A stretch of DNA of 64,000 bases from an uncultured Planctomycetaceae bacterium. GTDB lineage: Bacteria; Planctomycetota; Planctomycetia; Pirellulales; PALSA-1355. The stretch lies in contig CALFYT010000076.1 of NCBI GenBank assembly GCA_937952415.1, forward strand, positions 5,733 through 69,732, in the 5' to 3' direction. Shown here piece after piece: positions 1 to 9,601 of the stretch (positions are counted from its first letter, which is position 1; the number at the start of each line of letters is the position of its first letter). The notes beneath the pieces are model-generated. The model saw only the letters and a program-made list of their open reading frames with translations, did not search any database and was not told the DNA's origin. The position numbers and the translations under genes were made by a program.

Positions 1-1
1 C

Positions 2-736
2 TTTGCCGACCCGCTGATCGATAGCAACGCCAAGAAACCCAACAAGAACATCACCGTCCTCGAATGGCTGCACCGCAAACCCGGGTTCGGCGGAAGGGTC
101 GCCGCCTTTAGCGCGTGGGAGGTAGTCCCCTACGTCATCAACCGCCAGCGGTGCGGCTTTCCCGTGATGGGCGGTTGGGAGCCGGTCCCCGATCCGGATC
201 CGAATCCCCGGCAACAACTGCTCAATGAATTGATCGCAGACACCACCCGGCCGAATGCGACCGAAGTCATCGATTCCTTTCTGTTTCAGGCGGCCCGTGA
301 ACACCTGCTCAGGCACAAGCCGCGCGTCCTGTTCGTTGGTTTTCTTGAGACCGACGCCTGGGGACATGCCGGGCGCTACGACCATCTGTTGACTTCGGCC
401 CACGGCGTCGACCAGTACATTCAACGAATGTGGGACTTGATGCAGTCGATGGACCAGTATCGCGACCAGACCACGTTTATTATCTCGACCGATCACGGTC
501 GCGGATCGGGACTGGTGAACTGGAAGAGTCATGGCCAGAGCATTGAGGGTGCCGAGAACATCTGGATGGCATTCCTCGGGCCGGACACGCCGCCACTGGG
601 CGAACGAACTGATTGCGACCGCGTGACGCAAAGTCAGATTGCCGCAACGTTGGCCGCGTTTCTGGGCGAAGACTACCACGCGGCCGTGGCCGATTCGGGG
701 CCGGCAATTGAGCCTGTCTTGCCCTCCGGCAAGTAG
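2..736 (+). CDS. Alkaline-phosphatase-superfamily (nucleotide pyrophosphatase/phosphodiesterase-like) metalloenzyme, 5' end outside window
   Basis: Frame 2 is open from the window edge to TAG 734-736. FVGFLETDAWGH and FIISTDHGRG blocks resemble metal-ligand motifs of the AP superfamily. Confidence 0.7.
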   Translation, partial: FADPLIDSNAKKPNKNITVLEWLHRKPGFGGRVAAFSAWEVVPYVINRQRCGFPVMGGWEPVPDPDPNPRQQLLNELIADTTRPNATEVIDSFLFQAAREHLLRHKPRVLFVGFLETDAWGHAGRYDHLLTSAHGVDQYIQRMWDLMQSMDQYRDQTTFIISTDHGRGSGLVNWKSHGQSIEGAENIWMAFLGPDTPPLGERTDCDRVTQSQIAATLAAFLGEDYHAAVADSGPAIEPVLPSGK

Positions 737-953
737 CCTCCATCGGAATGTCGCGGAATCCGCACCGCGACACGGATCGGCGTCGCCCAGCAAGGGTGCT
801 CCGGCTCGACGAGTACGACGTTCGACGCGCAACCGGTCGAACAGTTTGGCTGATTCGAACGAGACTCGACCGGCGCATTGCGTGCCGTCATAATTGGGTC
901 AATTGCTCAGACAAACATCGACTCAACAACTTGATTTTAGGCGAGGTTCTGGC

Positions 954-2897
954 ATGCGAGGAGCATGGATCGGTTCGGTTGTATTTGTCGTCGGATTTTG
1001 CGTTGTTGCGCCACGCGCGGATGGACACCCGCCCAACAGTGGCGATCAACACGATCACGCCGGTCACGCGCATGAAGCGGCGGCAACCTCGAAGACAGCA
1101 CTGCCGCAGGGCCTGATCCTTCCCTCGCTGGACGGAGCCAAGCCGTGGTCCGACAAGCCGATCTTGAATGACCCGAACCGCTTTCATATCGCCATCATGA
1201 CAGACAACACCGGAGGACACCGCCCGGGGATTTGGATGAAGGCCGTGGAGCGAGTGAACTGGATGCGGCCTGCGTTCGTCGTGTCGGTCGGGGATTTGAT
1301 CGAAGGCTACAGCCACGATCGCAACGAGATCGAGGCGATGTGGAAGGAGTTTCTGGGTTTCATTGACAAAATGCAGATGAAATTCTTCTTTGTCGCCGGC
1401 AACCACGATGTCTCGAATCCGACAATGCACAAGATCTGGCGAGAGCACTTCGGAGCGGAATGGTATTCGTTCGACTTTAAGGACGTTCATTTTGTCTGTC
1501 TGTCGTCGGAGGATAGCGACAACCAGATCGGACCTGAACAGCTCGCCTGGCTCGAAAAGGACCTGGCAGAGCACTCGGGTGCCCGGTGGACTTTGCTGTT
1601 TCTGCACAAGCCGCTGTGGACGCGGTCCGAAGCGGCAAGGACCGCGGGCAATCCGGATTCGACCAACTGGAACAAGGTCGAGAAACTGCTGGGCGACCGC
1701 CCATTCACCGTCTTTGCCGGCCATGTGCACCACTATGTGCAATACGAGCGCAACGGGCGGAAGTACTATCACCTGGCAACCACCGGCGGCGGCTCGCGGC
1801 TGCGCGGCGTTCCCTACGGCGAGTTCGATCATGTGACCTGGCTAACCATGGAAGCAGACGGGCCGCACGTCGCCAACTTGTTGCTCGACGGTATCCTGCC
1901 GGCCGACGCAGTGACCGAGAAAGGCATCGCCCGTTTCCGACAGTTCCTCGCCAAGACGCGGATTGAGGTCGCCCCAATCCTGATTGGCGAGAGTGAGGGC
2001 CTTACCGAAGGGAACATCGACGTTCGCGTGACCAATGAGTTCGACCGGCCGATTGCAATTCGCGGAACGATCCAAGGACTGCCACTGCGCGGTTTGACGG
2101 TCGATCCCGCGAAGCTCGAGCTGTCGGCGGCACCCGGCGAAACGAGCGAGCTGTCGGTCGGCATTCGCTTCGAAGAGCCCATCGCGTTTCCGCACTTAGC
2201 AGAGACGTTGCTCACAGCGCACATCGGTACGGTCGGCGACGATCCGCCGTTGACGGCTGAGCGAACCATCCCGGTCGTAATCGATCGCAAGTTTCCATGT
2301 CCGGCGGTGACGCTCAAGAGCATCGACGGCGTCCTCGAAGAGGCACTCGCGCGCGACGAATCGACCAGCGAGCGTCCGCTGCTGGTGGGCGACGCGGAGA
2401 CCTGGACGGGCCCTGCGGACGCGTCGCTTCAGTTCGGGCTAGGGCACGACGAAGAGTTCTTGTACTTATCGGCCCGCGTCATCGACGAGCAGATTATCGA
2501 GGGGGGCGACGCTTTGGAGCTGCGCGTCGATGCGCGGTTTATCGACCAGCGACGCAACGACCCGCGGCTTGGCCGCGGGGCCTACATGTTCCGCCTGAGC
2601 GCGCCTGACAGCGAAGACAAGACAAGTCTCGAAGTCACGGCCTTCCGTCGCGGCAAGCAGTTCGATGGTACGGCTGCCGCGGCCCGCCGTACCAAGGACG
2701 GCTACGACGTGGAAATCGCCGTGCCCATCGAGTTCATCACGAGCGTGCAGCCGACGAACTGGCACAGCGTTCAAGCGACCGTGGTCATCCGAGACCAGGA
2801 CGAAAAGGACGGAAAGACGTGCGCCGTGGTCTGGCGGGGGACTGAGTCTTTCTCCGACCGCAATACGAACTACGGCCAGTTCGTGAACGCGCCGTAG
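954..2897 (+). CDS. Secreted calcineurin-like metallophosphoesterase with C-terminal CBM9/DOMON-like domain
   Basis: ORF 894..2897. ATG 954 gives signal peptide MRGAWIGSVVFVVGFCVVAPRADG. Motifs GDLIEG, GNHD and GHVHHY. C-terminal ~200 aa looks like a beta-sandwich binding domain. Ends at TAG 2895-2897. Confidence 0.85.
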   Translation: MRGAWIGSVVFVVGFCVVAPRADGHPPNSGDQHDHAGHAHEAAATSKTALPQGLILPSLDGAKPWSDKPILNDPNRFHIAIMTDNTGGHRPGIWMKAVERVNWMRPAFVVSVGDLIEGYSHDRNEIEAMWKEFLGFIDKMQMKFFFVAGNHDVSNPTMHKIWREHFGAEWYSFDFKDVHFVCLSSEDSDNQIGPEQLAWLEKDLAEHSGARWTLLFLHKPLWTRSEAARTAGNPDSTNWNKVEKLLGDRPFTVFAGHVHHYVQYERNGRKYYHLATTGGGSRLRGVPYGEFDHVTWLTMEADGPHVANLLLDGILPADAVTEKGIARFRQFLAKTRIEVAPILIGESEGLTEGNIDVRVTNEFDRPIAIRGTIQGLPLRGLTVDPAKLELSAAPGETSELSVGIRFEEPIAFPHLAETLLTAHIGTVGDDPPLTAERTIPVVIDRKFPCPAVTLKSIDGVLEEALARDESTSERPLLVGDAETWTGPADASLQFGLGHDEEFLYLSARVIDEQIIEGGDALELRVDARFIDQRRNDPRLGRGAYMFRLSAPDSEDKTSLEVTAFRRGKQFDGTAAAARRTKDGYDVEIAVPIEFITSVQPTNWHSVQATVVIRDQDEKDGKTCAVVWRGTESFSDRNTNYGQFVNAP

Positions 2898-3101
2898 GTG
2901 TGGTTGCCTACCAATCGGACGGGTTACCGTGAGCACCGCGGAGTTTCCGGCGGCACTGATCTCGCTGTTTTCTCCCTCCACGCCCGACTGAGCGTGGGTT
3001 TCGACGTCGTGCCGGTGCCCGAACCGGCCAGTGGGCTGCTGTTGGCGGTGGCCGGTCGTATGCTGGCCATGCATCGGCTGCGAAATCGCAAGCGCGGCTG
3101 A
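2898..3101 (+). other. PEP-CTERM sorting-signal segment lying in frame directly after the TAG stop of the phosphoesterase (detached or read-through tail)
   Basis: Same frame as 894..2897. Translation ends VPVPEPASGLLLAVAGRMLAMHRLRNRKRG, i.e. VPEP + hydrophobic helix + Arg-rich cluster. No signal peptide of its own. Confidence 0.6.
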
Positions 3102-3451
3102 CGCTCGTCGTCACCGCTCGTCCGTGGATTCGCGACAGCGGGGCTGCTACCTACCGCGCCCGGCGGACTATTCCGGTGAACCATGCGATTTGGTCGTTCG
3201 TCGGCTCGAATCGTTCGCGCGATTTGGCCGCACGGGACGAATTGGCTATGGCTTTTGAGGACGCGTGAAGCCATTGGCAAAAAGCGTCCTCACAGAAACC
3301 TGCCGGGGGCCGCGATGACCGGCTACAATCGGCCGTGAAACGCCGACTGCACCCGCGCACCCGGCGGTTCTCGGTCGGCTGCACTAAAGCAGCTCCATGC
3401 ACGATTTCGAACACGAACGAGCTAGGCCAAGACTCTCAGGAAAGGTATGCA

Positions 3452-4459
3452 ATGACCGAGCCCTCGCCACATCAACAGATTGACCGGATGATTACCGGGT
3501 ACTGGACCTCGCAGGCGATCTACGCCGCGGCCAAGTTCGACATTGCCGAGCATCTGAGCGACGGTCCCAAGTCCGTCGAAGAACTGGCCAGATTGACGTC
3601 CACCAATTCTGACGCCTTGTACCGATTGTTGCGGGCCTTGGCCAGCGTGGGGATCTTTCGCGAGGGCGAGTCGCGCCAATTTTCGTTGACGCCACTGGCT
3701 GAACCGCTTCGCGGCAGCGTGCCCGGTTCGAAGCGTGCTCTAGCGCTCATGATGGGCGACGAACAGTTCCGCGCGTGGGCCGACATCGACTACAGCATTC
3801 GGACCGGCGAGGTCGCCTTCGACAGAGTTTTTGGCAAACCGGTCTTCGAGTACCTGGGAGAGAATCCGGAGAAAGCACGCATCTTTGATCGGGCAATGGT
3901 TGACGTTCACGGCCGCGAGTCGAACGCCGTCCTCGATGCCTACGACTTTTCGGGGATCGGTGTTATTGCCGACATCGGCGGCGGCAACGGATCGCAAATC
4001 GCGAACATCCTCAATAAGCACACAACGATGAAGGGCATTCTCTTCGACCTACCGCAAGTGATCGAGCGAGCGCAAGGCCCAATCGAGTCACAGGGTTTGT
4101 CCGATCGTTGCGAGCTGGTCGGCGGCAGCTTTTTCGATTCTGTCCCAAAAGGTGCCGACGCCTACATCATGCGACATATCATCCACGACTGGGACGATGA
4201 GAAGTCGTTGAAGATCCTTCGCAACTGCCATCAAGCGATGGATTCCCATGGAAAATTGCTTGTCGTCGAGAGCGTCATTCCTACGGGAAATGACCCGTTC
4301 GTGGGTAAGTTTCTCGATCTGCACATGCTGCTGATCCCCGGAGGAAAAGAGAGGACCGAAGAGGAGTACCGGAGTTTGTTCGACACGGCCGGATTCGAGC
4401 TGCGCCAAGTCGTTCCGACGGAAACCGATATCAGCATCCTCGAGGGAGTGCGAAAATAA
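3452..4459 (+). CDS. Class I SAM-dependent O-methyltransferase (Methyltransf_2 family with N-terminal dimerisation/wHTH domain)
   Basis: ATG 3452 preceded by AGGAAAGG. SAM motif DIGGGNGS. ADAYIMRHIIHDWDDEKSLKIL block is typical of family-2 O-methyltransferases. Confidence 0.85.
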   Translation: MTEPSPHQQIDRMITGYWTSQAIYAAAKFDIAEHLSDGPKSVEELARLTSTNSDALYRLLRALASVGIFREGESRQFSLTPLAEPLRGSVPGSKRALALMMGDEQFRAWADIDYSIRTGEVAFDRVFGKPVFEYLGENPEKARIFDRAMVDVHGRESNAVLDAYDFSGIGVIADIGGGNGSQIANILNKHTTMKGILFDLPQVIERAQGPIESQGLSDRCELVGGSFFDSVPKGADAYIMRHIIHDWDDEKSLKILRNCHQAMDSHGKLLVVESVIPTGNDPFVGKFLDLHMLLIPGGKERTEEEYRSLFDTAGFELRQVVPTETDISILEGVRK

Positions 4460-4640
4460 GTGGCCGACGCGACGGGTTGTCCCTGTCCGCAACGTGCAAA
4501 GCAGGCTCGTTGACCCGCCCCCGCAGAACCGAGTCTCGGCCGAGCGCTGGCGAGTGCGGATTGGATCGGCGGCACGCGCATCGGTCGATTCATGGCAGTT
4601 GCCGCGGCGTTCGATCCGGCATCTGAACGGGAAAACCCAC

Positions 4641-5660
4641 ATGGCATTGCGGCTGATGCAGATCTTCGTTCCCAAAGGTTCTGGCGAGAAGTCCGACAAG
4701 CTGCTCGAAGGCCGGGAAGTGTTGGGTCGGTGGCGCGACACGCAAACTGACCAGACCGTGCTGCACCTGCTGGTGCCGGTCGAAGAAACCGAGCCGATCA
4801 TGGACGAGTTCGAGCAGGCGTATTCCAGCACGGAGGGGTTTCACGTCGTGCTGTTTCCGGTCGAGGCCGTGCTGCCGCGTCCTCAAGCAAAGAGCGACCG
4901 AGAAGAAGCCTCGCAGCCAGACGAAACGGAACGCGCCAAAGAATCGCAGCGGATCAGTCGCGAAGAACTTTACAACGAAGTCGTTGAGGGACTGGGCGTC
5001 TCGCGCGTATTCGTCGGCATGACGATTCTGGCCGCGGTGGTGGCGGCCATCGGGCTAATGCGCGACGACGTGGTTGTTATCATCGGCGCTATGGTCATGG
5101 CCCCATTGTTGGGACCCAACGTCGCCATGGCGTTTGCGACAACGCTAGGCGACATCGATCTGCTGCGCCGTGGCCTGGTGACGAACTTTGTTGGTGTCGC
5201 GCTGACGTTTCTGTTTTCAATCGCGGTGGGCTATTTCTTCTATGTCGATCCCGAGGTACCGGCCATTGCCTCCCGGACTCAACTGGCTGCGGGCGATATT
5301 CTCCTGGCGCTGGCGGCCGGAACCGCCGGCACGCTGGCCCTAACGCGCGGGCTGTCGACCGCCGTGATCGGCGTGATGGTCGCCGTTGCCCTGGTGCCGC
5401 CGCTGGTCACGGCCGGCTTGCTGTTTGGTGCGGGTCAACCGACACTCGGCACGCGCGCATTGCTGTTGACCGGCGCCAACGTGATCTGTGTGAATCTGGC
5501 CGGCATCGTGACCTTGTTAGCGCAAGGCGTGCGCCCGCGCAATTGGTGGGAGGCGAAGCGCGCCAAGTCGGCAACGTACAAGGCGACGATCGTTTGGGCG
5601 ATCCTGCTCATCCTGCTGGTGGTGATCCTTGCGGTGGGGCGGGTCGGCGTAACCCGCTAG
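4641..5660 (+). CDS. DUF389 / TIGR00341-family integral membrane protein
   Basis: Start MALRLMQIFVPKG, a soluble N-domain, then ~6 hydrophobic helices (GAMVMAPLLGPNVAMAF...). The upstream part of ORF 4494.. is Arg-rich and unlikely to be coding. Confidence 0.75.
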   Translation: MALRLMQIFVPKGSGEKSDKLLEGREVLGRWRDTQTDQTVLHLLVPVEETEPIMDEFEQAYSSTEGFHVVLFPVEAVLPRPQAKSDREEASQPDETERAKESQRISREELYNEVVEGLGVSRVFVGMTILAAVVAAIGLMRDDVVVIIGAMVMAPLLGPNVAMAFATTLGDIDLLRRGLVTNFVGVALTFLFSIAVGYFFYVDPEVPAIASRTQLAAGDILLALAAGTAGTLALTRGLSTAVIGVMVAVALVPPLVTAGLLFGAGQPTLGTRALLLTGANVICVNLAGIVTLLAQGVRPRNWWEAKRAKSATYKATIVWAILLILLVVILAVGRVGVTR

Positions 5661-5696
5661 ACCTCACGACGCTAGATCGCACTTACGAGAAACAAC

Positions 5697-6830
5697 CTAA
5701 GCTCCCGTTCTTGTCCCTGTCGATTCCGCACTTGCATGTTCTTGAGGATGAGGATCGGCACCTGAGTCGTTGGAACCGATCCACCCTTTCTTCCAAAAGA
5801 AGGCAAGCATGGCCGCCGCGACGACGAGCATAGTCGTCCAAATGATTGGATAGGCCCACCAAACGTGCAATTCCGGCATGTGCTCGAAATTCATGCCGTA
5901 AATGCCCGCCAAGAACGTGAGTGGAATGAAGATCGTGGCGACAATCGTAAGTACCTTCATCACTTCGTTGGTTCGGTTGGCGATGGAGGAAAGGTACGTA
6001 TTCATCAGGCCAGTCACCATCTCGCGATACATTTCGGTTACTTCCGAGGCTTGCACGCAATGGTCGTACGTGTCGCGCAAGAAAACGCGCACCTTGGGAT
6101 CGATCAGAGGATGTTCTTCGCGGGCCAACTTGGTGGCCGCTTCGCGTTGCGGCCAGATCGCGCGGCGGATCCTGTGCAACTGGTTCTTGATTCGGTTGAG
6201 GTCCTTGATCAAGTTCGGCGTCGGACGTTCGACAACGGCCTCTTCGAGCTGTTCCAGATAGTTGCCGATCTCTTCGAGCTTCGGGTAGTACTCATCGATG
6301 ATCGTGTCGAAGATGGCATAGGCGACATAGGCCGGTCCCTCGTGGCGGATGCGGCCTTTGCCGGAACGGATCCTGTTGCGCACAGGATCCAGCACGTCGC
6401 CGTAGCGCTCTTGGAACGTGAGCACGTAGTCATTGCCCAGGACGATGCTCACTTGCTCTAGATCGACGTGGTTCGGCCGTGCGGAATGAATCATCCGAGC
6501 AATGATCAGCATTTGCTCATCATAGGGTTCGGCCTTGGGTCGCTGTGGTACGTTCACCACGTCTTCGATTGCTAGCGGATGAAGTGAGAAGATGCTGCCA
6601 ATCTTCTTAATCAACTTCTCGTCGCCGAATCCTTGAATATCGACCCAAGTGATCGTATCGGGACTGTGTGCCGCCTGCAGTGAATCGGGATCCGTAACGT
6701 CTTCTTCCTTGAGGTCGCCGGGTGTGAAGTGCATGACGCGGATCTTAGTCGGCGGAGAATCTTCCTTGATGACCAATGTTCCTGGCCGCGCACCCGCTTT
6801 CGGATGTCGTTTGCTGAAGATCGTAAGCAT
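5697..6830 (-). CDS. corA: CorA-family Mg2+/Co2+ channel
   Basis: YGMNFEHMPEL (GMN motif) between two C-terminal TM helices. Long cytoplasmic N-domain. Confidence 0.9.
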   Translation of the reverse strand: MLTIFSKRHPKAGARPGTLVIKEDSPPTKIRVMHFTPGDLKEEDVTDPDSLQAAHSPDTITWVDIQGFGDEKLIKKIGSIFSLHPLAIEDVVNVPQRPKAEPYDEQMLIIARMIHSARPNHVDLEQVSIVLGNDYVLTFQERYGDVLDPVRNRIRSGKGRIRHEGPAYVAYAIFDTIIDEYYPKLEEIGNYLEQLEEAVVERPTPNLIKDLNRIKNQLHRIRRAIWPQREAATKLAREEHPLIDPKVRVFLRDTYDHCVQASEVTEMYREMVTGLMNTYLSSIANRTNEVMKVLTIVATIFIPLTFLAGIYGMNFEHMPELHVWWAYPIIWTTMLVVAAAMLAFFWKKGWIGSNDSGADPHPQEHASAESTGTRTGA

Positions 6831-6932
6831 GCGTAGCCTTGTTGTTCAGGAGGTGCGCCGTCGTTGCGCAGGCGGTGCGATTTCACAAAGGTCCGCGCAG
6901 GGTTGCTGCCGAGTCGCGGAGCAATGCTTCCC

Positions 6933-8066
6933 TTATGGCTCCGTCCACTCTCCGAGGTATGCGGCCAACACGTGACTCCATTCGGGGCTTCCGGTTGTCC
7001 GCAGCAGCACTTGGTTGATCGGTTCACGCAGCGGACTGTTGCTCGGCAGGGCAAACGCGTAAGACTGCGGCTCGAAAGTCACAGGCAGGACGTGTATCTC
7101 GCCGGGAAAGAGCTGAGGCGATTCGTGACGCAGAATCGTCGCATCGTAGACCACTGCATCAACTTCGTCTGCTTGCAGTGCAGACAGCGCGGATCGAACG
7201 TCGGGGTGCTTCGCGGCGATGATATGACGAGATCGCAAGTATTCGTCACTCGTCGATTCCGAAACCGTGGCCACGCGCACGCGCGATAGATCGGCAGGCC
7301 CGGCAATTCGGGATTTCAGTTGCGTCACGGTGAGTGCGGACGTAACCGCTGCGGTAAAACTCGCGATGACGAACAGCCCGGAGAACATCCAGATGCATGC
7401 GATGATTCGCCCGCCTGCGGACTTAGGCACTTTGTCCCCGTATCCAACCGTCGTCATCGTGACGGCTGCCCACCAGGTGCCGGATGCAATTCCTTTGGTC
7501 ATCCCACCGCCGAAGCTTGGATTCTGCTTGCGTTCGAAGAAGTATACGGCCACGCCGCTGGACAAAAGCACCGCGAGCAAGCCCGCCATCACCTTAATGA
7601 AAGTGGAGGAGAATACCGCCGACACCACCCGATCCCATCCACGAACCCGCCGGCCACTGACAGCGATTCCAAGGCCGGAGCTATGGAACGGATGGGTGAA
7701 ATCCATTCGCTTCTCGCGATCGTAGTTGACTGTCAAAGCAGCGGCTGCCAAATCCACGTCTCCGCGCTCAACCGCGTCGAGCATTTCATCCAGTTCCATC
7801 ACCTTGAACTTCAAGTCGATTTCATGGTCGGCCTCGCGTTCGAGATCGGCCTTGACCTCGCGCAGCAAGTCCACGCTGATCCCAATCCACTGTCCCTCAT
7901 CGTTTTGCATGGAAAAGGGAGGGACTTCTCGAGTGGCAACGACTACCTGCTTTGGATGGATGGCATCTTCCTGAGCCGACGCCGCCAGCGGTAGCATGCA
8001 TACCAGTGCGGTCGCCCACACGCAGCGAATCCCTAGTCCGCAACTGCCGCGCATTCTGATTCCCAT
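6933..8066 (-). CDS. GluR0-type ligand-gated K+ channel (periplasmic binding-protein lobes S1/S2 interrupted by M1-P-M2 pore)
   Basis: Signal peptide. SBP type-3-like lobes on both sides of two TM helices. Pore loop WWAAVTMTTVGYGDKVP carries the canonical TVGYGD K+ filter. Confidence 0.85.
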   Translation of the reverse strand: MGIRMRGSCGLGIRCVWATALVCMLPLAASAQEDAIHPKQVVVATREVPPFSMQNDEGQWIGISVDLLREVKADLEREADHEIDLKFKVMELDEMLDAVERGDVDLAAAALTVNYDREKRMDFTHPFHSSGLGIAVSGRRVRGWDRVVSAVFSSTFIKVMAGLLAVLLSSGVAVYFFERKQNPSFGGGMTKGIASGTWWAAVTMTTVGYGDKVPKSAGGRIIACIWMFSGLFVIASFTAAVTSALTVTQLKSRIAGPADLSRVRVATVSESTSDEYLRSRHIIAAKHPDVRSALSALQADEVDAVVYDATILRHESPQLFPGEIHVLPVTFEPQSYAFALPSNSPLREPINQVLLRTTGSPEWSHVLAAYLGEWTEP

Positions 8067-8111
8067 CGAGTTAATTGTTGATCCGCTCTGAGGTTTTGCG
8101 CCCAGTATCCG

Positions 8112-9230
8112 TCACTCCCCCAGATACCGAAACACCAGTTCGTCCCAACTATCGCTGGCGCGAAAACGGAGCAGCGCGTCGTTAAGTGGTTTTCTCAATG
8201 GGTCGTCCGGCCGCAGCGCGATGGCGTATTCCTGCTCGTTGAACGACAACGCTAGCACCTGAATGCTGTCCGAGAATTCCGTGTTGGCCAAGAACTTCAA
8301 AAGGGCCTCGTCATAGACGGCCGCGTCCGCGCGTCCGCCGGTGAGCTCCTCCAGCGCAGCCTCTGCGGTCGCGCGCGTTTGAAAGCCAATGCGGCGGCGG
8401 CGCAAGTAATCCGCGCTGGTGCTCGACTCAACTGTCACGACCCGAACGTGATGAAGATCCGTCGGATGCGAAAGACCGGTTTCAAGTTGCTTCACGGTTA
8501 GCACCGATGTGATGACGCCGGTCAGGAGCGACAACAGCAGAATGCTGGCGATCATGGAACACGCGGCGACGATACGACCCAACACACCGACGGGGAAAAT
8601 CCCCTTGTGGCCAAGTAGCAACACGGTAGACCACCAGACGCCCACACCTATGCCCTGACGCCTCCCGCCGCCGAAGGTGCTTTCGTTCGGCTTACGCTCG
8701 ACGAGCCAAAACAGCATGCCACACCCCACGACAACGGCGATCATGACAGCAACGATCGCCAGCAAACGAGCCGAGACAATGCGGCGCAGCAACGACATAT
8801 TGCTCGTTCCATTGGTGACCGACACCGCGACCCCCAGCCCGGTCGTAAAATGCGGATGGCAAAAGTCAACTCGCCGGTGCCGATCAGCCGTGACACTGAT
8901 TGCGGCAACGGCTACGTCGAGTTCTCCGGACTCCAGTCCCGCAAGCATCTGGTCCAACGTCAGCTCGCGCAACTCGTATTCCAGGTTCAACTCGTCCGTA
9001 AGGTGCTTCCACATTTCAATGCTGATGCCCGCCCATTGACCATCTGGGTTCTTAAAGGCAAATGGCGGGCTGTGCTTCGTGCCGACGATCAGCTTGGTAT
9101 CGGGCGTGTCGGCGGCGGTCTCGACGTCGTCGCTGCCCACGGCCGTCGCTGAAAGCACGATCAGAACAACACCAACGATGGTGGGTCGACAGACGAATTT
9201 CAGTAACTGCCGCATGAAACCGTCAGCCAT
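8112..9230 (-). CDS. GluR0-type channel paralogue with degenerate selectivity filter
   Basis: Same S1-M1-P-M2-S2 layout as 6933..8066, but the pore loop reads WWSTVLLLGHKGIFPVG (no TVGYG). Confidence 0.8.
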   Translation of the reverse strand: MADGFMRQLLKFVCRPTIVGVVLIVLSATAVGSDDVETAADTPDTKLIVGTKHSPPFAFKNPDGQWAGISIEMWKHLTDELNLEYELRELTLDQMLAGLESGELDVAVAAISVTADRHRRVDFCHPHFTTGLGVAVSVTNGTSNMSLLRRIVSARLLAIVAVMIAVVVGCGMLFWLVERKPNESTFGGGRRQGIGVGVWWSTVLLLGHKGIFPVGVLGRIVAACSMIASILLLSLLTGVITSVLTVKQLETGLSHPTDLHHVRVVTVESSTSADYLRRRRIGFQTRATAEAALEELTGGRADAAVYDEALLKFLANTEFSDSIQVLALSFNEQEYAIALRPDDPLRKPLNDALLRFRASDSWDELVFRYLGE

Positions 9231-9601
9231 CTTGAAGGGGCCGTGCTCAGGTGAATGGTACCGAAGGCGTAGAACGGTCGCGCAAGAGCTGAAACTCAGT
9301 CAACCGTCGCGCGTCCTCGGCGATCTCGATCCGCGGTCGTCCGGCCGCCAAAACGCGCACACAACATAGCGACACGGGCCAAAACGAGCGATAGGAGTCG
9401 GGCGCAATACCCAACTCGTTGGCGGGTCAGAACGCCCGCAGTCGAATGGGAGATGAACGACGTGCAAGCACATCGACTACTCTAAGCGGCCGGGTCGGCT
9501 TGCCGATTGGAACACGACGGCGTCGCGCGCTAGACCGCGGGACGGGCCACGCGTTCGTCGATCGCGGTGCCCGAATCGTATCGTTCGCACGCGGAACCCA
9601 G

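Noticed and set aside
2895-2897. In-frame TAG as pyrrolysine
   Set aside because: No pyl genes or tRNA-Pyl are seen, and the lineage is not known to use Pyl. A nonsense mutation, sequencing error or read-through is more plausible.
8067-8114. TGA stop of the upstream GluR0-like gene is in frame with the downstream paralogue (possible Sec or read-through fusion)
   Set aside because: The upstream protein ends ...FRYLGE, where its paralogue ends ...AYLGEWTEP, so this is a natural C-terminus. The next protein begins with its own signal peptide. There is no redox motif around the TGA.
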